In this document: positions 1 through 9,875 of the stretch, piece after piece | How the letters are laid out: each line of letters opens with the position of its first letter | Numbering within the stretch: the first letter of the stretch is position 1 | Origin: Acidobacteriota bacterium | Lineage (GTDB): Bacteria > Acidobacteriota > Terriglobia > Acidiferrales > UBA7541 | Length of the DNA stretch: 64,000 bases | Assembly: GCA_037442425.1 (NCBI GenBank) | Contig: JBBIQG010000004.1 | Location: 20,036 to 84,035 of the forward strand | Direction of reading: 5' to 3' | The notes under the pieces: model-generated | Databases searched by the model: none | What the model was told of the DNA's origin: nothing | Seen by the model: only the letters and a program-made list of their open reading frames with translations | Position numbers and translations under genes: made by a program

Positions 1-447
1 ACGGCGAAGCGCTGGCGAGGTTGCAGGCGATAGGAAGACCATGGCGATCTGTGATCGCCATGATTTTACAGCCTTTTCCGTGGCGAGTCGGGCCGACAGC
101 AGCGCCCCCTTTTTCGCTGCACTGAAGCTGGCGTCGATGAAGGTTTCCGACAGGTCGAGCTTGCCGCAGTCGCGCAAGTCTTCAGCCAGGCGGTTCAAGA
201 AGTGGGTCAGGGTGCCATCGCGCTGCCACTGCTGAAAGCGCCGATGGCAGGTCTGGTAAGGGGGGTAGCGGGAGGGCAGATCGTGCCAGGAAGCCCCGGT
301 GCGCAGAATCCACAGAATCCCGTTCAACACCGTGCGGGCATCCCGCCGCGGTCGCCCACGGCCATCGGGGCGTCGCCTCGGTTCCAGCAGCGGCCTCAGG
401 ATAGCCCACTGGGCATCGGTGAGGTCCAGGCTTTGATTTGAAGCCAG
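1..447 (-). mobile_element. IS5-family (IS427/IS1031-like) DDE transposase gene, 5' portion only (continues past the left edge). Two reading frames are joined at a GAAAAAGGGGG run.
   Basis: The reverse strand reads SNQSLDLTDAQWAILRPLLEPRRRPDGRGRPRRDARTVLNGILWILRTGASWHDLPSRYPPYQTCHRRFQQWQRDGTLTHFLNRLAEDLRDCGKLDLSETFIDASFSAAKK. It then continues in the -1 frame as GGAAVGPTRHGKGCKIMAITDRHGLPIACNLASASP. This is the typical IS5-family N-terminal architecture. There is no ATG/GTG/TTG upstream of SNQSLDL (only CTG at 445-447). It is absent from the ORF track because it has no stop inside the window. Confidence 0.7.
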
Positions 448-555
448 TGGTGGCCAACCGCAACTCCTTCTTGCCTTAATGTGATTTACGAGATAGCTTC
501 TGTCGGGCCTCCACGGTTGGGCTTGAAACACATGGCTGACACCGAAAGGGCCTAT

Positions 556-1641
556 TTAGATCTCCCGACAATCAGTCGAGATGTGCTGTAAAGAAGAGCT
601 CAAATCTGGGCAAACGAGTTCGACGCAAACCTTGAGCAAGTCAAGAAGAAGTCGGCGCTCATTCCCACAGGCCAGAGCATAGCGCTGACCAGCTTCAGCA
701 AATTGATGACGAAACAAGTCATCCTCCCAAGCCCTGCGGATGGCCTGTGCCATGGCTGCTGGGTCCTCCGGCGGGATGATCACGGCCTGGTCCAAAAGAA
801 TCCCTCGGGTTGCCGGACATTCCGTGATGATTACACATTTACCCAGGGCCATCGCTTCGAGGTAGGTCCCGATACCTGCCGCGGTGATGGCAGTCGATTT
901 CACTGGAATGACTACGATTTTTGCTCCAGCTAGGAAATGCAACCAGCTTTCCCATCGTCCATCATCGCGTTCGAGCCTAAGATTACCGGGCAGGACAAGA
1001 CTTTGGATTTCTGTGCCATGCTCGCTCAGTGTGTCGGGGTTTTGCACAAGGAGTATTCCGGGATAGGAAACACGGCCCATCGCTGCGACGAAGGTCTTTA
1101 AATCCCGATAGGAACGGCCTGCGGCGAGTACATAACTGCCAGGCTTTGAAGCCACGCGCACGTGCGGGGCCAAGTCGTAGATATTCGCCTTGAAAGGTAC
1201 ATACCGGGAGCGGGCTGGCGTGATGCCGTAAAATTCTGCATAGCCGCGTAGGTCTTTGAAGTAAAAAGCAAACAAATCTACTCGTCGAAGCAGAAATTTC
1301 TTTACATGGCATACAAGACGACTCCACCTGTTTTCAGGTCGAGTCAGCACCAGATCCACAGAGACCAGAGGACACTGAAAAAAAGGAAAAAGCCACCGTA
1401 GGAAACAGCAGAAAAGTAAAATGCGACTTGCCTGGTTCAGGAGGATCACGTGATGTGTCCAGCCAAGAAAAAAAAGATAAAAACCACTCGTCAAAAAGTT
1501 TCCTTCTCTGAACTGGGTGTATCGAAAGGGAATGTCTTTTGCCTGAAGCTGCGACAGACGGGCAAAGTTTGAAGCAATGCGAAGGCTTGTCTTGGCCATG
1601 ACAGCTCGATGGTGTATTTGTGGGAAGTTTTTGTCAAGCAA
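556..1641 (-). CDS. GT-B fold (GT4-like) glycosyltransferase
   Basis: 361-aa ORF. The C-terminal half carries the GT-B signature ...KIVVIPVKSTAITAAGIGTYLEAMALGKCVIITECPATRGILLD.... It is the last gene of the minus-strand polysaccharide operon, 15 nt after the upstream GT2. The N-terminal half lies in a visibly AT-richer stretch. Confidence 0.6.
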   Translation of the reverse strand: MLDKNFPQIHHRAVMAKTSLRIASNFARLSQLQAKDIPFRYTQFREGNFLTSGFYLFFLGWTHHVILLNQASRILLFCCFLRWLFPFFQCPLVSVDLVLTRPENRWSRLVCHVKKFLLRRVDLFAFYFKDLRGYAEFYGITPARSRYVPFKANIYDLAPHVRVASKPGSYVLAAGRSYRDLKTFVAAMGRVSYPGILLVQNPDTLSEHGTEIQSLVLPGNLRLERDDGRWESWLHFLAGAKIVVIPVKSTAITAAGIGTYLEAMALGKCVIITECPATRGILLDQAVIIPPEDPAAMAQAIRRAWEDDLFRHQFAEAGQRYALACGNERRLLLDLLKVCVELVCPDLSSSLQHISTDCREI

Positions 1642-1656
1642 GTGAGAACCGGAGCG

Positions 1657-2619
1657 TCATCTTTTGTTCGTTCGAAGAAAGTATTTGATGATGGCCAGGG
1701 CTCTGGCAAGAAAATACACGTAGTACAGGAAGAAGCATCGAAACGGCCACCGCACCCGTCTCACCGACCAAAACCTGTAAGTCACTGCCGCTGCTGGAAT
1801 GGGGAGTGTAAGTAAAAAAGCGAACATGAGCCGCTGGGTCATCGAGCCAACCGGAATGAACAACAGCAGAAACGCTGCCACGAGCATTGTGAGTTGCCCC
1901 AAGGAAAGCGTCAGGGTCCGACTGAATCGTGCCCCTTTGGATCTTCCCAGCATCCCGAGCCCGTGCCAGAGCTGTCGCCGGAAGAATTGTCGAACCGACT
2001 TTGGATTGCGCAGGTGAACGACGCAGAGTTCTGGATCGAAAAAGATCTTTTGCCCTTTCGCGATCAACCGCGCGGCCAATTCAGTATCTTCTCCGCTGAC
2101 CAGGCCAGGATTGAAACCGCCAAGAGCGCGAAAAATATCGGTTCGGATGATGAGATTCCCTCCATAGAACGAATTTGCTGTTCCGGCTTGGTTTCGGAAG
2201 TGAAGCACATGCCAGGCCTGTTCGATCCAGTGGGCTGGTTTCGGGGGAACGTAGGCGCAGGTTAGCGCAGCAACCCTGTTTTTAGTCAGGATTTCATTCG
2301 CACGAACAAGAAAATCCTCGTCAACCAAGCAGTCGCCATCGATAAAGCAAAGGAACTTACTCGTGGCCAAACTGGCCCCGAAGTTGCGCACAGCAGCCAC
2401 CGTCTTGCCTCGAAATGAGTAAACTCGAACGCTATCGAGCCATTGCTGTAACAGAAACTCAGACGTCCCGTCGGTCGACTCATGGTCCACCACGATGATC
2501 TCGGCATTTCCCCACCGACGAGTCGCAGTAAGGGCCGCTCGCAGTACTTCCTCGATGACGTCGCGGCAGTTGCGCACTGGCAAGATCAAGGAAAACGATG
2601 TTTTCTTTCCAGTTTCCAT
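1657..2619 (-). CDS. GT2 family glycosyltransferase with C-terminal membrane helices
   Basis: FSLILPVRNCRDVIEEVLRAAL...AEIIVVDHESTDGTSEFL...FLCFIDGDCLVD (DxD-type) is a typical GT-A/GT2 N-terminus. The C-terminus is hydrophobic. Confidence 0.8.
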   Translation of the reverse strand: METGKKTSFSLILPVRNCRDVIEEVLRAALTATRRWGNAEIIVVDHESTDGTSEFLLQQWLDSVRVYSFRGKTVAAVRNFGASLATSKFLCFIDGDCLVDEDFLVRANEILTKNRVAALTCAYVPPKPAHWIEQAWHVLHFRNQAGTANSFYGGNLIIRTDIFRALGGFNPGLVSGEDTELAARLIAKGQKIFFDPELCVVHLRNPKSVRQFFRRQLWHGLGMLGRSKGARFSRTLTLSLGQLTMLVAAFLLLFIPVGSMTQRLMFAFLLTLPIPAAAVTYRFWSVRRVRWPFRCFFLYYVYFLARALAIIKYFLRTNKR

Positions 2620-2774
2620 GGTGTCTTTAAACAGAGATTTTGCCCGCGGTGAACCGTTCTAGTTTTTGTGCTCTCACTAGGCAAAGACAGAAAGAACGAC
2701 TTTTGATTTGAATCGCAATCGAAAATGAAAATCCTTGGAATACCACTCTTTCCACCAAATCATACTTGTTGTGT

Positions 2775-4640
2775 TCATTTGGCGACATGATACACGGCGA
2801 ATGCTTCGTTGGAGTACACGGGGGCTACCGGGTAGGGTACGTCCGCATACTGGACAACATAGGGAAGATGGTTTTCGCGTGCGAGTTTGCTCAGTTGTTC
2901 CCAAGAGAGTTTGCGGTAGGCAGCCGTGATCGCTTCCATATCCACATGACCGGGAACATAAGGGAGTCCGAGTACGGAGATTCGCCGGCGCCATTCCGGA
3001 GCGTAGGATGGGTGAATCCAGAAAATGTCGCCGTCCCGCCAGCTCACCCAGCAACTGCGTTGCGAAAAAACGCGAAAGCCGCCAGGAAACGGAGGCACGA
3101 GGAACACAGTATCCTTGGGTGTGTTTTCCCGGGCCCAGTTCTGCACCTCGCGCCATGCGGCTTCCTCTGAAGTTGGTAGGCGAACAGGACGCCCAAGCAT
3201 CGCCGGTTCCACCAACAGCATCGCAGAGCCGATCAGAACCACCCACGAGCCAAGCACAGCGAGTGTTCGTGCCTGTACGGCCGCTGCACGCAGACGAGAC
3301 GCGTACACTGTCGGTGCGGTTGCTGCCGCGAAGAGGATCGCCCATTTGCCCGGGTCCAAACTACCGCGCCACCAAAGCGTCCCTGCTGCTACAAAGGCAA
3401 AAACAAACAACGCAACTCCGACTGGGATGAGATTCCCGACCAGCCGGCGACAAACGCGGTCGAACCGATGCCGGGGATCTGCGGCCACGACTGTGGCAAT
3501 GGTCAGAAAGGCGGGCAGGGCACGACCCTCGGTCAACGGATAGAGCAACGCCGGCATGCTGACCAGCACGGCTGCAGCCGGAGCTGAATTCCACAACGTC
3601 ACAAGCAGGCGAAATCCGTAAATCGGCACTAGGACAAGGCCGAACAGGATCAGAAAAGTGTCTGCTCGCAGCAACTGGAGCAGCAGCAGCTTGGGTATGC
3701 GCAACCATTCACCCACGACCGTCCCAAGCAGGATAGGAACCAGCATGCTGGCGACCAAAAGTTCTAACCGATGATCACGAATGATTCCGCGTCGGATCGC
3801 CAGCACGACAACGGCGGTCATCCCCACCAGGAAGAAGATCCCAAGCAGCAGCTCATAGGTAGGCCGCGTACTCAACACCAGGTGATAGGGATAGTGTGCC
3901 AGCAGCGCTTCGACGTACCCTTCGGGGTACTCCACCTGCAGAGCACGGCGTGCCAGAGCAAGCCAGCCCACTCCGAAGAGGAACAAGAGGCTACCAGCGC
4001 CGATGATTTGGCGTCGGTGATGACGCCGGTCGAACCAGGCGAACGCAAGAAACGCGAAGCCCAAATAGACAGCCAGCAATACATGGATGTACAGCATGAG
4101 TCCGAGCAGAAGCGTTCCCCCAATCCAGCGACCCTCCAAAAGACAGACCGCTGCCCAGATGGCCAGCCCGCCAGCCAATGTGGTTTGGGTCATCAACCCG
4201 CCGAGGATGCCCCCTCCACCGCCAAAAGGTGCAGCCATGGTGAGAAAAGGGGAAAAGGCGAGTCCTACTAAAATGATCGCCAAAAAACGTAGGTCGGGCA
4301 GATCTCTTGCGATCATCCGGGCCAATCCCCAAAAGGCTAGAAAATGAGAAACAAAAAGCCCGATCAGGAGGATCGTCTCGAGTGCGAACCAGTTGGTGAA
4401 CCAGGCAACCGCGCGCCAGAACATCGAAGGGAAGCCTGCAAACGCTTCCCTCATCGGGTCGCCGGGAAACAGGGTAGGATCGCGCAGCCACGCGACCATG
4501 GGAAGCTGGAATTCATGTTGCCCGCCCCCGTAATAGAAAGGATAAGCGGCTCGATGCAGATATGTGGCAAGCAAAGCCAGCAAGAGTTCGTGGCGGGGTT
4601 GAACGGCGAGTCTTGTCGGAGTGGAAAAGTCGGTTTGCAA
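2775..4640 (-). CDS. Large polytopic membrane protein with a C-terminal soluble domain; candidate polysaccharide polymerase or GT-C-type transferase
   Basis: 621-aa ORF. About 470 aa consist of successive hydrophobic helices, followed by a roughly 150-aa soluble tail (TVFLVPPFPGGFRVFSQRSCWVSWRDGDIFWIHPSYAPEW...). Operon context is between glycosyltransferases. The exact family was not recognised. Confidence 0.55.
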   Translation of the reverse strand: MQTDFSTPTRLAVQPRHELLLALLATYLHRAAYPFYYGGGQHEFQLPMVAWLRDPTLFPGDPMREAFAGFPSMFWRAVAWFTNWFALETILLIGLFVSHFLAFWGLARMIARDLPDLRFLAIILVGLAFSPFLTMAAPFGGGGGILGGLMTQTTLAGGLAIWAAVCLLEGRWIGGTLLLGLMLYIHVLLAVYLGFAFLAFAWFDRRHHRRQIIGAGSLLFLFGVGWLALARRALQVEYPEGYVEALLAHYPYHLVLSTRPTYELLLGIFFLVGMTAVVVLAIRRGIIRDHRLELLVASMLVPILLGTVVGEWLRIPKLLLLQLLRADTFLILFGLVLVPIYGFRLLVTLWNSAPAAAVLVSMPALLYPLTEGRALPAFLTIATVVAADPRHRFDRVCRRLVGNLIPVGVALFVFAFVAAGTLWWRGSLDPGKWAILFAAATAPTVYASRLRAAAVQARTLAVLGSWVVLIGSAMLLVEPAMLGRPVRLPTSEEAAWREVQNWARENTPKDTVFLVPPFPGGFRVFSQRSCWVSWRDGDIFWIHPSYAPEWRRRISVLGLPYVPGHVDMEAITAAYRKLSWEQLSKLARENHLPYVVQYADVPYPVAPVYSNEAFAVYHVAK

Positions 4641-4923
4641 TTTCGATGGCGTCCTAATCAGGGCGCAGCTCTGTCCTGGTTCCGAGGGGCAGTGGACTCG
4701 CGGGACAGCCTACAGCTTGCTGGCTCCTGCGCGCAAGGCGTGGCCTGGATGCGTGAACCGTATGTTATACTGCCCGCGGATTGAGAGTATCAATCGCGTG
4801 CCAACTGCCCGTGGAGCAGAAATGTATTCCACGCTGCCAAAAGGCAGTTCGGTCCATTCGAGGCTTACAAGCAACCGGGTATAGGCCAGCGAGGACACCT
4901 GCATTGCCGTCGTCGAAGGAGTT

Positions 4924-5676
4924 TTGCACAACATGGCGGACTCGATGATCCGTGTGCCCTGGCGAGTCCGATTGCTGTGGATGCATTTCTGGATGTTCTT
5001 CTCCGGACGCGGATCGCTGGGGCGGCTGGCCACTTCTCTCGCCGCATGGGCTTGCCCACCGTACTATGGGCGGATGACCCTTGCGGGGATGACGCCACGC
5101 GGATTCATCTCACCGCGCGCTACGATTTACCACGAGAAGCTAAAACTGGGACGCCATGTGGTGTTAGATGACGGTGTGTTGATCTACCAAGACTCGGACG
5201 GTGGCGAAGTCGAGCTCGGCGATGGCGTCCATATTTGGCGCCACACGGTCATTCAGACCGGACAGAAAGGGCGGGTGAAGGTTGGCAGCCGCACCAGTTT
5301 CCAGAGGCACTGCCAGCTTTCCGCCTACTTGTCTGCCATAGAAATTGGCGAGCACTGCCAGATTGCGCCATTCTGCTGTTTCTTTCCGTATGACCACGGG
5401 GAACAACCGAGCATGCCCATCTACGAGCAGCCACTGGAATCCAAGGGGCCCATCGTCATCGGGAATGACGTTTGGCTGGGCACCGGAGTCATTGTTCTTT
5501 CGAATGTGAGGATTGGCGATGGTGCGGTCATCGCTGCCGGTTCAGTGGTGACCAAAGATGTTCCTGCCGGCGCTATCGCAGCGGGGGTTCCGGCCCGCGT
5601 GATTCGTATGCGCAGCGATCTGGATCGAAACGCAGCCGATCTTTTCTCGAGAAAGACCCCCACCGAAGCCAAGTAA
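4924..5676 (+). CDS. Left-handed beta-helix (hexapeptide-repeat) O-acetyltransferase, WcaF/maltose-acetyltransferase-like
   Basis: [50 protein letters not shown] is a hexapeptide-repeat C-terminus. It is the only plus-strand gene inside the minus-strand operon. The start is uncertain (several in-frame Met). Confidence 0.75.
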   Translation: MHNMADSMIRVPWRVRLLWMHFWMFFSGRGSLGRLATSLAAWACPPYYGRMTLAGMTPRGFISPRATIYHEKLKLGRHVVLDDGVLIYQDSDGGEVELGDGVHIWRHTVIQTGQKGRVKVGSRTSFQRHCQLSAYLSAIEIGEHCQIAPFCCFFPYDHGEQPSMPIYEQPLESKGPIVIGNDVWLGTGVIVLSNVRIGDGAVIAAGSVVTKDVPAGAIAAGVPARVIRMRSDLDRNAADLFSRKTPTEAK

Positions 5677-5726
5677 AGCAAACCGCGCCATTCTGATGCA
5701 GTGAGAACCGCAGGCTTTCTGTTGGA

Positions 5727-7070
5727 TTACTTTTCGAGGGTTTGTGGATGGCCGTGGGGAACCGCCTGCGGTGGGGCAGGGAAGAAGCGTGCATCCTGTT
5801 CGGCCCGCAGCCGGTCGCAGAGCCGCCCGGGTGGAAGTTCCACATCGTCGTAGCTCAGGGCCTGATCTTTTGGGATATCTCGTTTCAGCCGGCAGCCTTC
5901 CGCCAGGCCCATAGGCAGCAACCGTTGTTGCTGCACCACGTCGGAATTTTCTGCGACCCCGTAAGTCATGTAGAAGCCAATACCGTCTAGCACTTCACCA
6001 GCACGCAAGTCTCTTTTTGCCACTGCGATGACGTCTACGCACGGCCCGTCGAGCGGTGCAATCGTGGCATCTCCGAACAGCACTGCGCGCGCCACCGTGA
6101 ACGGCACTTCGAAGTGGCACAAGTGGTAGGGTGTGTAGAAGCAGTACAGCGGCCCCGGTCCGAGCTTGTATAGATTCAAGTAGTGCTTCTGCACCGGGTG
6201 GTCGTGGGTGCCGAGGACGAACACACCTGGACTGGGCTCGGCTCCGACAACATAGTCCACGATGCCCGGCCCGTTCAGCAACGCGTCCTGCGGATACAAC
6301 CCCGTTGCTTCGCGGATGTGGGTACCCGAAGGCACCGTGGGGCCGAACATCCCGCGGCGGGCAACGCGCATACCCGTTGCATTGGCCACAATCGCTTGCT
6401 CGAAAGAGATTTTCGTGCCATCGGCAAACGAGGTGACCATGTGGGCTTTTTGTCCCCACTTCTGAGCGAATTCCTGTTGGGTGGTCGGGTTGCGGTAGGG
6501 GTCGTGCAGACCCTTGATGTTGCCGCACAGCACCGGCCGCACGCCGATTCCCTTCACGAAGCGATAGAGATTCAGAATGACGCCAGGCTGGTCGCCATCG
6601 GCGTTCGTCAGCACCACGCCGGCACGGTCGGCATACACCTTCAGGATAGGCCCGAGCGTGCCATCGAGCTCCGCGTTCATCATCACCACGTGCTTGCCGA
6701 ATTCGACTGCACGCAGGACGACACCTGCGGCGAACTCGACGGATCCGGTCACTTCGATAATGGCGTCAATGCCGCCGGCTTCGGCGAGCAACATGGCGTT
6801 GTCCGTGATGGCGCAACGGCCACGGGCAATGGCTTGCTCCAGTTGTGGCACGCTGTCCACTGCAACCACGTCTTCGATTCCCGCTTCGCGGTAGGCACGG
6901 CGTGCCTCTTCGATGCGCCGGTTCGAGATGGCCACCAAGCGCATCCCGCGCACCACGTTCATCATCTGCAGAGCAATTCCACGTGCCATAAAGCCAGCGC
7001 CCACCATCGCGACACGGACCGGGTTCCCCTGCTGCTCACGTTTTTCGAGGGCACGATCCACCAGAATCAT
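5727..7070 (-). CDS. NAD(P)-dependent oxidoreductase, homoserine-dehydrogenase-like with C-terminal SAF domain (COG4091-type)
   Basis: VRVAMVGAGFMARGIA Rossmann motif. Central GDQPGVILNLYRFVKGIGVRPVLCGNIKG. SAF-like C-terminus DVIAVAKRDLRAGEVLDGIGFY. I use the Met at 7070 (MILVDRALEK) because the longer ORF (to 7226) would overlap the upstream GT2. Confidence 0.7.
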   Translation of the reverse strand: MILVDRALEKREQQGNPVRVAMVGAGFMARGIALQMMNVVRGMRLVAISNRRIEEARRAYREAGIEDVVAVDSVPQLEQAIARGRCAITDNAMLLAEAGGIDAIIEVTGSVEFAAGVVLRAVEFGKHVVMMNAELDGTLGPILKVYADRAGVVLTNADGDQPGVILNLYRFVKGIGVRPVLCGNIKGLHDPYRNPTTQQEFAQKWGQKAHMVTSFADGTKISFEQAIVANATGMRVARRGMFGPTVPSGTHIREATGLYPQDALLNGPGIVDYVVGAEPSPGVFVLGTHDHPVQKHYLNLYKLGPGPLYCFYTPYHLCHFEVPFTVARAVLFGDATIAPLDGPCVDVIAVAKRDLRAGEVLDGIGFYMTYGVAENSDVVQQQRLLPMGLAEGCRLKRDIPKDQALSYDDVELPPGRLCDRLRAEQDARFFPAPPQAVPHGHPQTLEK

Positions 7071-7093
7071 GGGACCATCCTTGCCAGTTTTTC

Positions 7094-7966
7094 TCACACT
7101 GGCGGTTTGCTGCGGAACTTGAGCATACCTGCGGTGTAGCCCATCTGCCAGCCGAAAGACCAGAACCAGTGGCAACGTCCGGTTCGAGTGCGCCAGTCCG
7201 GTATGCGGAGCAACAGTTGCAGCCACCGTTCCGCATACGCGCGCCAGCGCCAGCGATCCCGGTACCCTTTCGGGCGGTAGCGTTTGTAGAGCTGAACGTT
7301 GTACTTCGCGTAGTTTCTTCCCTGCCGATACAAGCCCAGAGCGGTATCCCGGTAGCGGTAGTGCACCACGGCATCCGGGACCGACACCAAGGTGGCGCCA
7401 GCCAGTTGCGCACGGATGCAGAAATCTGCGTCCTCCAGGTAGGCGAGGCTTTCGTCGAATCCCCCGATGCGTTCGTGCAGGGCACGGCGCACCCCGAGGG
7501 TTGCACCCGCGGCATGAGGCAGATGAGGAGGGTACCAGAGGGGCACCTGTGCACCTTCGGGCTGCGGGTTGGCGTGCACGAGCCTCAACCAGGGAGGGTT
7601 CAGCTTGTCAATGTCCATCCGGCACGCGACCAGTTCGTGCGTTTCGAGTGCGTGGGCCATTGCCGCCAACCAGTCGTCGCCCACTTCGTCATCCGCGTCG
7701 CAGTGCAGCAACACGTCACCACGAGCGGCGGCGACTCCCACATTTCTGGCATAGCCCGGCGAGTGACGCTGGTATGCCTCCACTAGGCGAAGGTTGGGGA
7801 GGTGATTGCGAAATTGCTCGACAATAACGCGCGAACGATCGGTGCTGGCATTGTCCGCGACGACGACTTCCCATTCTGCATCGCAGCGCTGGCGCGCCAG
7901 TGCAGCGAGCTGCTGACCGATGGTGCGCTCGGCGTTCCGACAGGGGATAATCACACTGATGCGCAT
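7094..7966 (-). CDS. GT2 family glycosyltransferase
   Basis: MRISVIIPCRNAERTIGQQLAALARQ...WEVVVADNASTDRS...LLHCDADDE is a classic GT2 N-terminal domain. Confidence 0.8.
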   Translation of the reverse strand: MRISVIIPCRNAERTIGQQLAALARQRCDAEWEVVVADNASTDRSRVIVEQFRNHLPNLRLVEAYQRHSPGYARNVGVAAARGDVLLHCDADDEVGDDWLAAMAHALETHELVACRMDIDKLNPPWLRLVHANPQPEGAQVPLWYPPHLPHAAGATLGVRRALHERIGGFDESLAYLEDADFCIRAQLAGATLVSVPDAVVHYRYRDTALGLYRQGRNYAKYNVQLYKRYRPKGYRDRWRWRAYAERWLQLLLRIPDWRTRTGRCHWFWSFGWQMGYTAGMLKFRSKPPV

Positions 7967-8111
7967 GGTTGTCTTACTTCACAACGTCATCGCGGGAGCG
8001 GTGGGCGCCGCGGCGAACGAAAGGACGTTCTGGTTTCGAGCAACCACCTCGCTCGAATCTCGAAAGGGACAACGAAATTTTGTTGCCCTTGAATTCCCTG
8101 GCCTGTGCCGT

Positions 8112-8681
8112 TCATGGCCTCTCAGGGATATAGTCAGGCCAGCTCTGATCTTTCACCGAAACGATCCGCTTCTCGACGGCGGGCCATGCGATCCCAAATT
8201 GCGGGTCGTTCCAGCGCACGCCGCGCTCGGCCTGTGGATGATAAAACTCCGAAACGTGGTAGAAGACTTCCGTATCGTCCTCCAGTGTCTGGAACCCGTG
8301 CGCAAAGCCCCTGGGCACATAGAGCATTTGCCGGTTCGCCGCGGTCAGTTCTACTCCCACCCATTGTCGATAGGTCGGGGAGTCCGGCCGCAGATCGATG
8401 ATTACGTCGAAGATGCTGCCGCGAATGCAGCGCACCAGCTTGACTTCTTCGTGCGGAGGCGCTTGATAGTGCATTCCGCGCAGAGTGCCTTTGTACCGAT
8501 TGTAGGAAAGATTGCTCTGCACGATGCGGGTTTCCAGGCCGTGCTCGGCAAATTCCTTCTGGCACCAGGCGCGCGCGAAAAAGCCGCGTTCGTCTTCGCG
8601 CGGCTCGAGGTCGATCCGGTAGGCGCCTGCCAGTTTTAGTCGGTGGAAGATCAAGGAATCGCTCCTGCTGCTGAAGCCCAC
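8112..8681 (-). CDS. rfbC: NDP-4-keto-6-deoxyhexose 3,5-epimerase (RfbC/RmlC cupin family)
   Basis: EDERGFFARAW...LRGMHYQAPPHEEVKLVRCIRGSIFDVIIDLR...LYVPRGFAHGFQTLEDDTEVFYHVSEFY matches the RmlC family core. Confidence 0.85.
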   Translation of the reverse strand: MGFSSRSDSLIFHRLKLAGAYRIDLEPREDERGFFARAWCQKEFAEHGLETRIVQSNLSYNRYKGTLRGMHYQAPPHEEVKLVRCIRGSIFDVIIDLRPDSPTYRQWVGVELTAANRQMLYVPRGFAHGFQTLEDDTEVFYHVSEFYHPQAERGVRWNDPQFGIAWPAVEKRIVSVKDQSWPDYIPERP

Positions 8682-8742
8682 TCGTTCCCGGTGCGACTGA
8701 ATGAAAAATCAGCTCCCCGGATGCTTCAAGAAAACCGATCCA

Positions 8743-9849
8743 CTAGCTGCGCACCGGAACCGGTGCGTGGACAGAAGTAGCTGCTTCTCGCTGGTGTGCT
8801 GAGGCATGGCTGGTCCACTCCAATTGTTCGTTCAGCAGGCCCTGTCGGCGCAGCTCTTCCAAAACCTTCAACCGCATGAAAGCAGAGTTGCGGAAATCTG
8901 GGTCCTGGAAGCGCATAGCTTCCAGACCCTGTCGCAGCTCTCGCACCGTCGTTTCCAGGTCCATTTGGGGCTGATGGTCGGGGGCAAGTTGCCGAAAGAG
9001 GCTGAAATCCACGCGATAGGAGCGCTTGTCCGGCTGCGCATGGGGATGGATCGAAATTTGGACGCCGGGAATCACTCGGGCCACTGCTTCTGCCAGCTCC
9101 CGAATTTGATAGTTCCATTCGTTCGTGCCGGCATTGACCACCAGATAGTCCTCGCCGGTGGTCCGGTTGAGCGCCCAGTCGAGTGCCCGGGCCATGTCCT
9201 TCACATTGATCAGGGGGCGCCAAGGTGTGCCATCGCTGAGGATGGTGATGCGGTTCGTGGCCACCGCGCTGGCCACAAAGTCATTCAGGACCAAATCCAG
9301 GCGCAGCCGCTCGCTCATCCCGCAGGCAGTGGCGAAACGAAGACAGGTGACGCGGAATCTACTATCGGCCAGGGGCGCCAGATCGCGCTCGGCAGCAACT
9401 TTCGATTGGGCATACGCCGTCAATGGATTCAGTGACGACGACTCCGTGCGTGCACCCTCCTCTGCGAATCCATACACGCTGCAACTGGAGGCGAACACGA
9501 ACGACCGCACACCAGCTTGCTTCGCCAGGGTCGCCAGGCGCACGGTTGCGCGGTGGTTCACCTCCTGGGTCAATTCCTCGAACGCCTTACCCATCGGGTC
9601 GTTGGAAATGGCCGCCAGGTGGATGATCCCGTCCACGCCCTCGAGGATTTTTTCCTGAACTCTCCGCACATCGGCAAAGTACTGGAGGTCGGCGCGGCAC
9701 TCTGGGAGAATGGCTGCTCGAGTCAGGCAGTGGCTGAAGTAGCCCATGTCATAGCCGATCAGCGTGGCCTGGGGCCGCGACTCGCGCAGACGCTGCAGGA
9801 CCCAAGGCCCGACGTACCCCATGTTGCCGGTGATCAGAATGGTCTTCAT
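8743..9849 (-). CDS. Extended SDR NAD-dependent epimerase/reductase (not a 4,6-dehydratase by motif)
   Basis: MKTILITGNMGYVGPWV (GxxGxxG); ASSCSVYG; YAQSK (YxxxK). It lacks the TDE/SDK acid-base motif of NDP-hexose 4,6-dehydratases. Confidence 0.75.
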   Translation of the reverse strand: MKTILITGNMGYVGPWVLQRLRESRPQATLIGYDMGYFSHCLTRAAILPECRADLQYFADVRRVQEKILEGVDGIIHLAAISNDPMGKAFEELTQEVNHRATVRLATLAKQAGVRSFVFASSCSVYGFAEEGARTESSSLNPLTAYAQSKVAAERDLAPLADSRFRVTCLRFATACGMSERLRLDLVLNDFVASAVATNRITILSDGTPWRPLINVKDMARALDWALNRTTGEDYLVVNAGTNEWNYQIRELAEAVARVIPGVQISIHPHAQPDKRSYRVDFSLFRQLAPDHQPQMDLETTVRELRQGLEAMRFQDPDFRNSAFMRLKVLEELRRQGLLNEQLEWTSHASAHQREAATSVHAPVPVRS

Positions 9850-9875
9850 GTCCCTCCAACCTGCGCCCCTGGCGA

